The notes under the pieces: generated by a model
What the model was told of the DNA's origin: nothing
Database searches by the model: none
Seen by the model: the letters and a program-made list of their open reading frames with translations, nothing else
Shown: piece by piece, positions 37,408-46,480 of the stretch
Numbering within the stretch: position 1 is the stretch's first letter
Layout: the number at the start of each line of letters is the position of its first letter
Translations under genes and position numbers: made by a program
Assembly (NCBI GenBank): GCA_965219415.1
Contig: CBDCNP010000002.1
Location: 416,001-480,000, forward strand
Direction of reading: 5' to 3'
Length of the DNA: 64,000 nucleotides
From: Candidatus Marinacidobacterales bacterium
GTDB taxonomy: Bacteria > Acidobacteriota > Vicinamibacteria > Marinacidobacterales > DATDRI01

Positions 37408-38579
37408 GATGGATCCTTTCGAACGGTGCGGCCCGCCTGCATGACGAAGAAAATCCCTTCGAGCGCTTTGATATCTTTGAGGGGATCTTCGCGGACGGCG
37501 ATCAGGTCCGCGCAATAGCCGGACTCGACAAGCCCGACGTCGCCGTCGATACCCATGAGCTCGGCAGGGCGAATGGATGAGGAACGAATCGTCTCGAGCG
37601 GCGAGAGGCCCGCGTCAACCATATAGGACATCTCTCGTACGGTGGCGTTGACTCCGTCCGACACTTCGCCGGGCGGTATATCGGTGCCGTTGACGATCTG
37701 AACCCCTTCCCGCACCGCGGTGCGGATGCTGTCCAGGTGCATACCACCGGCCCCGGTAGCCTTCTCGATGGTCCAGCCTGCGAACCCGTGATCCTTCATC
37801 CATCCCGGCGACCGCGTCACCGACAACGTCGGTACGACATACCCCGCGGCTTCTTTGATGGCCTGGCAGGCTTCCTTATCGAGCTGATATCCGTGCTCGA
37901 AACAGCGGACTCCGGCCTTCGCGGCTTTGATGATCTGCCCCGCCCCTCCCGCGTGCGCACAGACGTAGGTGTCTCGGGATCGCGCCACCGAAACGACGGC
38001 CTCCATTTCCTCGACACTCATCTGCGGCTCGGAGAAGGTCTCCTTCTCCTGCGCGATGCCGCCGGTGATGAAGACCTTGATATGGTCGGCGCCGGCGGTG
38101 AGCTCCTCGCGACCGGCCTTGCGAAAGGAGTCCGGACCGTCGGCGATGAGAGCACCGAAGCCACTCCCGTGACCGCCGGTCACGGAGATGCTCTTACCTC
38201 CGGAGACGATGCGCGGCCCGGTGGCCCAGCCCTTCTGGATCATCGTCCGCAGCGACAGATCGGCACGATGCATCTCCCCTACCGTACGAACGGTGGTGAT
38301 CCCCGCATGGAGAGCGTCGTTCGCCCTCTTCTGACACCTGAGCGCGGTGATCGCCGGACTCTCGTTCTCGTCGGTTTCGTGAAAAGGGAAGACGATCGAT
38401 AAATGAGTATGACAAGTGATGATGCCAGGCAGCAAGTAGGCCCCTTCGAGATCGATCGCATCTCTAATGCCTGACGCACGATCGATGGAAGCGATCCGGC
38501 CGTCGCCAATGGTGAGTGATCCCTCCTTGAACGATCCTTCCCGAACATCGAGGATCCTTGCGTTGGTCAGTACCGTCAT
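37404..38579 (-). CDS. Cytoplasmic amidohydrolase (Xaa-Pro dipeptidase-like)
   Basis: PGIITCHTH, GITTVR, TGGHG, HIKV, CAHA, FEHG, NGTD; no signal peptide. Confidence 0.88.
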   Translation of the reverse strand: MTVLTNARILDVREGSFKEGSLTIGDGRIASIDRASGIRDAIDLEGAYLLPGIITCHTHLSIVFPFHETDENESPAITALRCQKRANDALHAGITTVRTVGEMHRADLSLRTMIQKGWATGPRIVSGGKSISVTGGHGSGFGALIADGPDSFRKAGREELTAGADHIKVFITGGIAQEKETFSEPQMSVEEMEAVVSVARSRDTYVCAHAGGAGQIIKAAKAGVRCFEHGYQLDKEACQAIKEAAGYVVPTLSVTRSPGWMKDHGFAGWTIEKATGAGGMHLDSIRTAVREGVQIVNGTDIPPGEVSDGVNATVREMSYMVDAGLSPLETIRSSSIRPAELMGIDGDVGLVESGYCADLIAVREDPLKDIKALEGIFFVMQAGRTVRKDPS

Positions 38580-39942
38580 GTTGAGGCCTCCACACGAAAC
38601 TGGAGCGGGTAGAGTAGCCTCATCCCACCGCCATAGACCACCATCGTCACCACGAGTGACACGATAGGCTGGATACTCTCCGGCGGCGCGAGACGGCCGG
38701 CCACCACCCCCGCCGCGAGAGCAACAAGAGCCGCCAGATTCACACCGCGGGTGTATCGATACCGCCCATCCCTACTGTAGAAATCTTCCATGGCGGGTCG
38801 CCGACCTCTCACCAGGAAATAGTCCGCGATCATGACACCCACGAGTGGCGCAAAGATAGCCCCTAAGGCTACGAGGAATTCCGCTAGGTATCGTGTCACG
38901 CCAAAGTAGCCGAGCGCCGTGACGAAGAACCCAAGGACCAGGGTGTGAAGCCAACGCGAGCGACCGGGGAAAATATTCGTAAGCGCCAGCCCCCCGGAGT
39001 ACAAATTCTTGTCGTTGGTCGTCCAGGTCGCGAAGATGATGAGAACAAGCGCCGGTATTCCCAGGCCGAGCTGCTGAACTCCCAACACCGGATTCCACTC
39101 TCCGCTGACGAGGCGAGAAAGTGCGCCGAGGCCGATCATGAAGGCCGAGACCGGCACGATCCCGGACCAAATCCCAAGCCACAGCGAGCGATGGTCTTTC
39201 GAGTAGCGAGAGAGATCGGAAGAAGTGAAAGCGGCGGTGAACTGGCCCGACACCATGATGTTCATTCCGGCGAGAAAGCTCAGGCTTCCGTCACCTGGCC
39301 GATTGATGAGCTCCTGGAAGGGATGATCCAAGGCGATCTTCCAGGACAAGAGGCTGCAGAGAACGAGTAGAGCCGGCACCGACCAGGTGGCCAGCCTTTG
39401 AATCCAGCCGAAGCCCATGACCGCGATGACCACGTTGAGCGCCCCCATGACAATATCATGAGGACCGGCGAGGAAAAGCCGCTCATTCGCTCCATCACGC
39501 CATCCGCGGCCAACCCCGCAAGCTCTGCCTGAAACGCGAACCAACCGATCCCTGAGACTGTGATCGCTAATGAGGCGATCCAGGTCCCCGATGGAAAACC
39601 CAGCGATGAGCGGGTGAGCACGGACGCGGGGAGTCCGTGATCCGCCCCCGGGTAACCGGTCAAACTAATTATCGCGGCGGCGACGGTGTTTCCGATGAGG
39701 CCCACGACGACCGCCTCTTTGAAGGAAAGCCCGGGGAGCAAGATACCCCCCATCATCATCATGGGCAGGCAGACGTTGATTCCCGCATACATGACGAAGA
39801 GCGAGAACCAGCCGCCGGTGCGCGAGGCAGCGGGGACGGCGTCGACGCCGAAAGATTCGGCCTTCAGTGACAATAGACCCTGCCTACTAGAGAAAAAGCC
39901 GGCCGCGGCTGAAGCGTCTGCAGACGGCCCTTGCGCTTCCAA
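38576..39942 (-). CDS. NCS1-family purine/cytosine/hydantoin permease, frameshifted near 39455
   Basis: N-half (GLPASVLTRSSLG, GWFAFQ) and C-half (SDLSRY, WTTNDKNLYS, PLVGVMIADYF, YTRGVN) lie in adjacent frames and are joined by a 1-nt indel; start uncertain. Confidence 0.85.
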
Positions 39943-40057
39943 ACACTTCTTTGGGGAAGCGGTCGCGCTCTCCCCTAAAGTGAAACTACCACAGTCCTTA
40001 CTTTAGAAGCCCACGCGAACGCCGCGACGGATCTCGCGAAGGCTGACACGGTGCATC

Positions 40058-40076
40058 TGTCACCTTGGCCGTGACA
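40058..40076. promoter_or_regulatory. Palindromic operator TGTCAC-N7-GTGACA
   Basis: Perfect arms just downstream of the predicted minus-strand promoter; same layout as 40208-40226. Confidence 0.65.
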
Positions 40077-40090
40077 GCTAGAATCGGTGG

Positions 40091-40120
40091 ACTCTACCCT
40101 GGCCCTGTCCGCGGTGTCAA
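40091..40120 (-). promoter_or_regulatory. Sigma70-type promoter for the long minus-strand operon (TTGACA-N18-TAGAGT)
   Basis: Consensus -35 at 40120-40115 and a TAnnnT -10 at 40096-40091. Confidence 0.55.
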
Positions 40121-40207
40121 GGGAAAAACCAGCGGATATGGCCCGAAATTCAAGCTTCGGGTCGAATAAACTGAAGGGTGTTTGGGTATGCATCACGAAG
40201 CAAGTTC

Positions 40208-40226
40208 TGTTACAGTACGCGTAACA
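40208..40226. promoter_or_regulatory. Palindromic operator TGTTAC-N7-GTAACA
   Basis: Perfect arms upstream of gntR; shares the consensus TGTYAC-N7-GTRACA with 40058-40076. Confidence 0.65.
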
Positions 40227-40354
40227 ACCGTCTTATCGGATGTGTGTGACTGTGATGCCCGCGGAGCGCCGAACGATGCTCGAACGAGGTGTGCGGGTGC
40301 TCGAGCCGATGGATGGTAGCGTTCGTCCCTACACTATCGTCGAGCCCTGACGCC

Positions 40355-41329
40355 ATGGTTCGCGCAAAAGAGCCAAAGCAAATCGAGTTCCAGATCCGGC
40401 AGGACTCTCCGCTCTCGCCCGAGCAACAGTTGGTCAGCCAGCTGAAGCTCGCCATCATGCTAGGAGAGTTGAAGCCGGGCCAGACCCTTCCGTCGATTCG
40501 CGATATGGAGGGCGTGACCGGGCTGGGGCGCAACGTCGTATGGCGCGCCTACTCCAAGCTCGCCGAATTGGGCGCCCTGACGATCGAGCAACGAAAGCGC
40601 GCCGTTGTCAGCTCCAACGCCGACCCGAGTCGGGCCTCCAAGCTGGTGGCGGTCTACGATTGGCTAGGCAGAGATGTACTGGAGCGGATTCGGGCCCTTC
40701 GAGTGAACCCGCAATCTTTCGTGCGTTACCTGGATCACAGACTTCAAGAATCCGACGCCATCCAACACGACACGGTGTTCGTCGAGTGCTGCAAGGTGTT
40801 TGCTCAAGCTTGGTCGGCGGAGATCTCACAGCGCTGGGGTGTCCTGGTTCCCGGCTACGACTTCAATAAGATACGAGAGATGTCTTCCGATGAGCAGGCC
40901 CGTTTCAAATCGGTCTTGGTTCCTCTGGCGCACCACGAAGAGGTGCTCAAATTGTTTCAGGGCCCTCACACGCAAGTTATCCCCCTGACGTTCGTTTGGG
41001 ACGAAAAAATCATCCAAGAGCTCCAATCGCTCCCGGAAGGGGCCGCTCTGGTCATGTTCTTCGCACAATCCGCCTACTCCGATCCCTGGGTGCGAGAGCT
41101 CCGGAACGTTTGCCCCAACTTGACCATCGACGTCGTGCCCTATGAAAGCCCGCAGCAAGTCCACAACGTCATCGCATCGGGAAAGTATCAGCGGGTTCAC
41201 GTGAGCGGCGCCGTCATCGACGATGTGTACAGTGAGGTCAAGACCCACCCCGACTTCATCCAACAACCCCTCGAGCTAGACCTGCGCTCCCTGGAGGAGG
41301 CGCGCATCCAGGCGGGCGTCGTTTTGTGA
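40355..41329 (+). CDS. GntR-family transcriptional regulator with a long C-terminal domain
   Basis: QLVSQLKLAIMLGELKPGQTLPSIRDM..GRNVVWRAYSKL winged HTH; divergent from the permease operon. Confidence 0.88.
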   Translation: MVRAKEPKQIEFQIRQDSPLSPEQQLVSQLKLAIMLGELKPGQTLPSIRDMEGVTGLGRNVVWRAYSKLAELGALTIEQRKRAVVSSNADPSRASKLVAVYDWLGRDVLERIRALRVNPQSFVRYLDHRLQESDAIQHDTVFVECCKVFAQAWSAEISQRWGVLVPGYDFNKIREMSSDEQARFKSVLVPLAHHEEVLKLFQGPHTQVIPLTFVWDEKIIQELQSLPEGAALVMFFAQSAYSDPWVRELRNVCPNLTIDVVPYESPQQVHNVIASGKYQRVHVSGAVIDDVYSEVKTHPDFIQQPLELDLRSLEEARIQAGVVL

Positions 41330-41397
41330 GGACCAAATCGACTTTATCTCGGTAACCGTAACTTAACGGCGACGAGCCAGCCTGTTAATATGCGTTC

Positions 41398-43671
41398 ATG
41401 AAGGGAGCGTGGCCGACCCTTATTGTGCTGGTTGCGATCGCGACTGGGCCATCTCGAGGAATCGATGCGGCTCCGGCTCCGAGCCTATTGCTCATCACGA
41501 TCGACACCCTCCGCGCCGACCACTTGGGTGCCTACGGTCGGCGTTCCGCCGAGACGCCCAACCTCGATAGACTCGCCTCCTCCGGTCTTCTGGTCGAGAA
41601 CGCGTTCACTCATAGCCCGGTGACGCTCTCTTCCCATGCGGTCTTGTTGACGGGTCGCCTCCCCTTCCAGACGGGTGTGAGAAGCAACTCTCTTTATCGG
41701 CTCGCGGACGCCGAGACCACGATGGCGGAGATGCTACGCGGACGAGGGTACCGCACCGCGGCCTTCGTTTCGGCGGCCGCCTTGGACAACCGTTTCGGTT
41801 TGGGACAAGGTTTCGAAGTTTACGACGATGAGATGAACCCGACAGAAGGCGGCCAGCTGATCGCCGAGCGGAGCGCCGGGGAGGTCGTACGCACCGCACT
41901 CGAATGGCTCGATGACGTCGATCCGTCACCCTTTTTCCTTTGGGTCCATTTCTTCGACCCCCACCACCCTTACAGCCCGCCCGAGCCCTTTCGATCCCGG
42001 TTTGCGGATTCCCTTTACGAAGGCGAGATCGCCTATACCGATCGGGAAATCGGACGGCTACTCGAAGCCATCGATCTCGCCAACACCGTGGTCGTGACGA
42101 CCGCCGACCATGGGGAAAGCTTGGGCGAGCACGGAGAGCAGACACACGGCATCTTCGTCTACGACGCGACCCTCCGCGTCCCCCTCATCCTCGCCGGTCC
42201 CGGCATCTCCCCGGCTCGGATGCAACAAGGGCCCGTCGGCTTGGTGGATGTACTTCCGACCGTGCTGGAGAAGCTTGCCATCGAACGACCACCCAAACTG
42301 GCTGGCAAAGACGTTCTAAGCGAAGGTCCCTCTGATCTCCTCTACGCCGAAACCTATATGACACGGGATTTCTACAACTGGAGTCCCCTGAGAGCCGTGC
42401 GCTCGACACGCGCCAAATTCATCGAAGCGCCGCGGTCCGAGCTATACGACCTCGTCGCGGATCCCGGCGAGACCAAGAACCTAGTCGAGGAGAGGCAAAG
42501 GACGGCGCGTCAACTCTCAGAAAAACTCAGCGAATTTGCTGATTCAGAAGACGCAAAGGCCACATCCTTCCAACCGGACGCGAAGCTGCTGTCCGAGCTT
42601 CAGAGTTTGGGATACGTCGGCGGAGGAGTTCCGGCGAACGCCCGTCCGGCAGACGAGCGACGGCTACCCGACCCCAAAGACAAGATTGGCATCGTCACCG
42701 ACCTGGACGATGCAATCAGTTTGTTCGGCACGAAGCGATTCGAGGAAGCTGCCGTCATTCTTCGCGAGATCCTTCGGGTCGATCCAACGAATTTTCTCGC
42801 GTCCCACTACCTGGGAGAGACACTCTTCGAGCTCTCGTCGCCCCGCCAAGCGATCGAGGCCTACCAACAAGCCATCGAGCAAGGCAACGAAACGCCGTAT
42901 CACCGTTTTCGCCTCGGTTTGCTCTACGAACAGCTGAAGGAGTATCCGGCCGGGGCCGACCAGTTCGGTCGAGCCATCGATCTCGACCCCGATGCGGCGC
43001 GCGAGGTTCTGAAGCGCGCACGCGATTTGCTTCAAGCAGGAGAAGTAGACGGAGGCCTTCAATACCTGAGCATGCTCGAAGAGCGTGGCGGCGGTGGCAC
43101 CTCACTTGGTCTGCTGCTCGCTAGCGCTTGGGAGCGCAAGGGCGAGACCGGGAAGGCGCTGGCCGCCATCGATCGTGCCCTAGAAGCGGATGCCTCCAAC
43201 CCGACCCTTCTCGCGACGCGAGGGCGTCTACTAATTGAGCTTGGCCGAACCGAAGAGGCGGTTGGCGCGCTCGAGCAAGCGTCGCCAGGACTAGAGGACC
43301 CCACCGAGAAAGCGGCGGTCGTCAAGACGCTGGCGACTCTTTATGGGAACAAGGGAGAGCTCGAGAAGGCGATCGCCTATTTCGAGCAAGCCGCGACCCT
43401 CACCCCAAACGACTCAGAGATCATGGCGAATCTGGCGCTGACTCTCGTGCGCGCCGGGCGAACGAGCGAGGCGCTCGAGCCCCTGACCCGCGCCATCGAG
43501 CTCCGGCCGGAGGAGGTGCGTCTACTCAATCTCAAGGCGGAGATCCTCTACAGGGAGGGAAAGCTAGAGGGCAGCCGCGATCTGTTGCGCCGTTCGCTCG
43601 CTCTCCGCCCCGATCAGCCTCGCATCAAAGCGGCGCTCGCCGAGGTCGAGGCCAAACTCGAGTCGCCGTAA
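41398..43671 (+). CDS. Sulfatase-like (alkaline phosphatase superfamily) hydrolase fused to TPR repeats
   Basis: ITIDTLRADH, TLSSH (Thr at the nucleophile position), FDPHHPY, ADHGE, LQSLGY, then TPRs. TG-n-TAATAT 6 nt before the ATG suggests a leaderless mRNA. Confidence 0.9.
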   Translation: MKGAWPTLIVLVAIATGPSRGIDAAPAPSLLLITIDTLRADHLGAYGRRSAETPNLDRLASSGLLVENAFTHSPVTLSSHAVLLTGRLPFQTGVRSNSLYRLADAETTMAEMLRGRGYRTAAFVSAAALDNRFGLGQGFEVYDDEMNPTEGGQLIAERSAGEVVRTALEWLDDVDPSPFFLWVHFFDPHHPYSPPEPFRSRFADSLYEGEIAYTDREIGRLLEAIDLANTVVVTTADHGESLGEHGEQTHGIFVYDATLRVPLILAGPGISPARMQQGPVGLVDVLPTVLEKLAIERPPKLAGKDVLSEGPSDLLYAETYMTRDFYNWSPLRAVRSTRAKFIEAPRSELYDLVADPGETKNLVEERQRTARQLSEKLSEFADSEDAKATSFQPDAKLLSELQSLGYVGGGVPANARPADERRLPDPKDKIGIVTDLDDAISLFGTKRFEEAAVILREILRVDPTNFLASHYLGETLFELSSPRQAIEAYQQAIEQGNETPYHRFRLGLLYEQLKEYPAGADQFGRAIDLDPDAAREVLKRARDLLQAGEVDGGLQYLSMLEERGGGGTSLGLLLASAWERKGETGKALAAIDRALEADASNPTLLATRGRLLIELGRTEEAVGALEQASPGLEDPTEKAAVVKTLATLYGNKGELEKAIAYFEQAATLTPNDSEIMANLALTLVRAGRTSEALEPLTRAIELRPEEVRLLNLKAEILYREGKLEGSRDLLRRSLALRPDQPRIKAALAEVEAKLESP

Positions 43672-43692
43672 CGCGCCATAACGAAATGAGGA

Positions 43693-44166
43693 GTGCCTAT
43701 CATGTCTAATAGGGTGAGCGGGACTAGTGCAAAGTCCGTTGTATTCCTGTTCGTCGTCCTGTTTCATATTGGATGTGCCGGCAAAACTGAAAACCAACGT
43801 CTCGCACCGAGCGAACACGAAGAGTTTACTCAATATATGGTCGAGGGCCAGAACCTCTACAACCTAAACTGCGCCAATTGTCATCAACACAATGGAAAAG
43901 GACTGGGGAGGGTGTTCCCCCCGCTGAAAGATTCCGATTATATGGAGGCGAATTTCAATCAAGTCATCTGTCTTATCAAAAACGGGCGGGAAGGAGAAAT
44001 GACTGTAAATGGGATTCTGTTCAACGAACCGATGCCCGGTACACCTCACCTGACGAATTTGGAGTTTGCAGAAGTCACGACCTATATCTACAACGCATGG
44101 AGTCACAAGAAAGGCATGATTACGGTGAGTGAAGTAGAGACGGTGCTGGAGAATTCCTGTGAGTGA
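43693..44166 (+). CDS. Monoheme cytochrome c (probable lipoprotein)
   Basis: GQNLY..CANCH..GKG..FPPL, Met ligand in EPMP, TYIYNAW; HIGC lipobox-like; start may be ATG 43702. Confidence 0.85.
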   Translation: MPIMSNRVSGTSAKSVVFLFVVLFHIGCAGKTENQRLAPSEHEEFTQYMVEGQNLYNLNCANCHQHNGKGLGRVFPPLKDSDYMEANFNQVICLIKNGREGEMTVNGILFNEPMPGTPHLTNLEFAEVTTYIYNAWSHKKGMITVSEVETVLENSCE

Positions 44167-44230
44167 TTCGTATTCCCTTGACACTTTCAAACCCAGAGCC
44201 TAAGGTGAGAATCTTCAAAGGAGGGCGGAC

Positions 44231-45475
44231 GTGTGCGGTTCGAGACGGCGATTTCTAAAGACCGGGTTCTTGGGCCTTATCGGTCTCGGGGCGGCCGTAC
44301 GGTCCTCCGGCCAGAGTGGCGCGAAACCTCACGTGCTCGTTGCCGGCGCCGGCGCGTTCGGAGGATGGACGGCGCTTTATCTTCTCCGCCAAGGTGCTCG
44401 CGTCACCCTCGTCGACCCTTGGGGGCCAGGAAACTCCCGATCGAGCTCCGGCGGCGAGACGCGCAACATAACGGGTGACTACGGGTCGCCCGAGGTCTAT
44501 CGGAATTGGGCCCGGCGCGCCCTGCCTCTTTGGCAAGAGCACCAGAAGCAATGGAACGTCCCGCTTTATCGACCGGCCGGGGCCCTATGGATGGTTCGCG
44601 GGAGCCTTGGAGCCGGCGACTCGGCGACCGACCGGACGGCAGACTACACGAAATGGGTTGATGAAGACGTTGGGGGTGGTGAGAAATTGACGCCAGACGA
44701 TGCGCACGCGCGTTTTCCCCAAATTCATTTCGACGGGGTCCGTACGACTTTCTACGAGAAAGAAGCAGGCTTCTTGATGGCCCGTCGTGCGTGTCGAGCT
44801 GTGCTCGATGGATTCTCAGCGGAAGGAGGAGTCTATCGACAAGCTTCGGTCGTCTCTACCCAAATCAAGGGCGGGGAGATGCAGGGAGTGACGCTCAGCG
44901 ATGGCTCACAGATCGAAGCGGGGCGCTACGTCTTCGCCTGCGGCCCCTGGTTGGCAAAGCTGTTCCCGAACGTAGTTGGGCCACACTTGAAGATTACGCG
45001 ACAGGAAGTCTATTACCTCGAGACGCCAGAGGGAGACGAGCGCTTCCGGGAAGGCCACCTGCCGCACTGGGTCGACTGGGGAGAGGAGATTTGGTGGGGA
45101 GTGCCCGCCCACCAGCAGTGGGGATTTACGGTCGCCGACCATAGGCTCGGGCCACGCTTCGATCCGACTTCTGGTGACCGACAGATCACCATGCCCGCCA
45201 TGGAAGCAGCGCGTAAGCACGTGGGTTTCCGCTTCCCGGGAATGAAGGGGGCTCCCTACATCGGCGGACGAGTTTGTCAGTACACGAGCACTCCGGACGG
45301 CGACTACATCATCGATCGCCATCCGGAGGCGGAAAACGCCTGGATCACCGGCGGGGGTTCCGGCACCGGCTTTCACGCCGGACCGGCTCGCGGTCAGGAC
45401 GTGGCCAAGTATGTCCTTGGGGAGGGCTCGCCGGATCCGCGGTTTTCGCTGTCTCGATTTTCCAAGAACCCGTAA
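44231..45475 (+). CDS. Tat-exported FAD-dependent amine oxidoreductase (monomeric sarcosine oxidase family)
   Basis: SRRRFLK Tat motif; GAGAFG, SSGGETR, ACGPW, VCQY.STPDGDYIIDRHP, GGSG.GF. Confidence 0.88.
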   Translation: MCGSRRRFLKTGFLGLIGLGAAVRSSGQSGAKPHVLVAGAGAFGGWTALYLLRQGARVTLVDPWGPGNSRSSSGGETRNITGDYGSPEVYRNWARRALPLWQEHQKQWNVPLYRPAGALWMVRGSLGAGDSATDRTADYTKWVDEDVGGGEKLTPDDAHARFPQIHFDGVRTTFYEKEAGFLMARRACRAVLDGFSAEGGVYRQASVVSTQIKGGEMQGVTLSDGSQIEAGRYVFACGPWLAKLFPNVVGPHLKITRQEVYYLETPEGDERFREGHLPHWVDWGEEIWWGVPAHQQWGFTVADHRLGPRFDPTSGDRQITMPAMEAARKHVGFRFPGMKGAPYIGGRVCQYTSTPDGDYIIDRHPEAENAWITGGGSGTGFHAGPARGQDVAKYVLGEGSPDPRFSLSRFSKNP

Positions 45476-45481
45476 CGACGA

Positions 45482-46435
45482 TCAGCTTGCGCCGTTAACG
45501 GGAATGACCATCGCATCTTCCCCGATGACGATCGGGCCGGTAAAGTTTTCTTTGGCCTCGCCGAGGATCTGCGACCAAATCTGCGGCCCCCGACGCGGGC
45601 CGTAGTACATCGACGCCATTTCGATAGCGGCGGGAGGGCTGTCGTACGGCCCCAGATGGGTCAGAACCAGTTTCTTGGCGCCGGCCCGTTTCGCGATATA
45701 TCCCGCTCCGCGAGGCCCGGTGTGCCCGGTCCATGCCACCTTCTCGGCTCCTTTTTTTCCTTCAGTGTTCTGCCGGTAGTCCAAGATGTCCTCCAGGAAG
45801 GTGCATTCGTGAACGAGTACATCGACATCCTTGGATAACTCGACCATGGCGTCGCAGGGCTCGGTATCCCCACTAAAAGCCGCCGAGCCGTACTCGCTGT
45901 CGATTCTGTATGCATAGGAAGACCGTTCGAAGCCAAGCGGCTGGAGGTGAACAATCTCGCGCGAGGTCACTTTGAACTTATCGGTCTCCACGATGGTTCC
46001 TTCGTGGATCTCCTTCACTTCGATCGGCGGGTCGTACCGGGGGCGATTCGTAATGTGGTCGGGTAGTTGGTCGATGTAGCGCCTCACGAACTCGACGTCG
46101 ATGTGGTGCGCTTCCAACATGCCGTCAGACATGCGTTTCGTCCCCACCGGCCCAAAAACCTTGATCGGGGTCGACTTGCCGCAGTTCCAAGTGCTGAACA
46201 AGAGGTAGTTGTAGTCGACCATGTGATCCCAGTGCAGGTGGGTGATGAACAAGTAGTTGACATCGAGAGGGTTGATACCTGCACGGACCAGGTTGACGGT
46301 GGCGCGTTCGCCGCAGTCGACCACCATCACTTCGCCGTCGATCACCACCGCCTGAGACGGATTTCCCCGCACCGGATCCGGAACCGCGGAGCCCGCGCCC
46401 AACAAGACGACGCTCATTCCCTTCCAGTCGTTCAT
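45482..46435 (-). CDS. MBL-fold metallo-hydrolase; paralog of 16028-16942
   Basis: GSAVPDP.RGNPSQAV, THLHWDH, SGDT, VHE, LTHLGPY. Confidence 0.85.
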   Translation of the reverse strand: MNDWKGMSVVLLGAGSAVPDPVRGNPSQAVVIDGEVMVVDCGERATVNLVRAGINPLDVNYLFITHLHWDHMVDYNYLLFSTWNCGKSTPIKVFGPVGTKRMSDGMLEAHHIDVEFVRRYIDQLPDHITNRPRYDPPIEVKEIHEGTIVETDKFKVTSREIVHLQPLGFERSSYAYRIDSEYGSAAFSGDTEPCDAMVELSKDVDVLVHECTFLEDILDYRQNTEGKKGAEKVAWTGHTGPRGAGYIAKRAGAKKLVLTHLGPYDSPPAAIEMASMYYGPRRGPQIWSQILGEAKENFTGPIVIGEDAMVIPVNGAS

Positions 46436-46480
46436 GACGTTGCCCTCGTTCTTGTCTTGACGTTCATGTCGATCTGCTCC

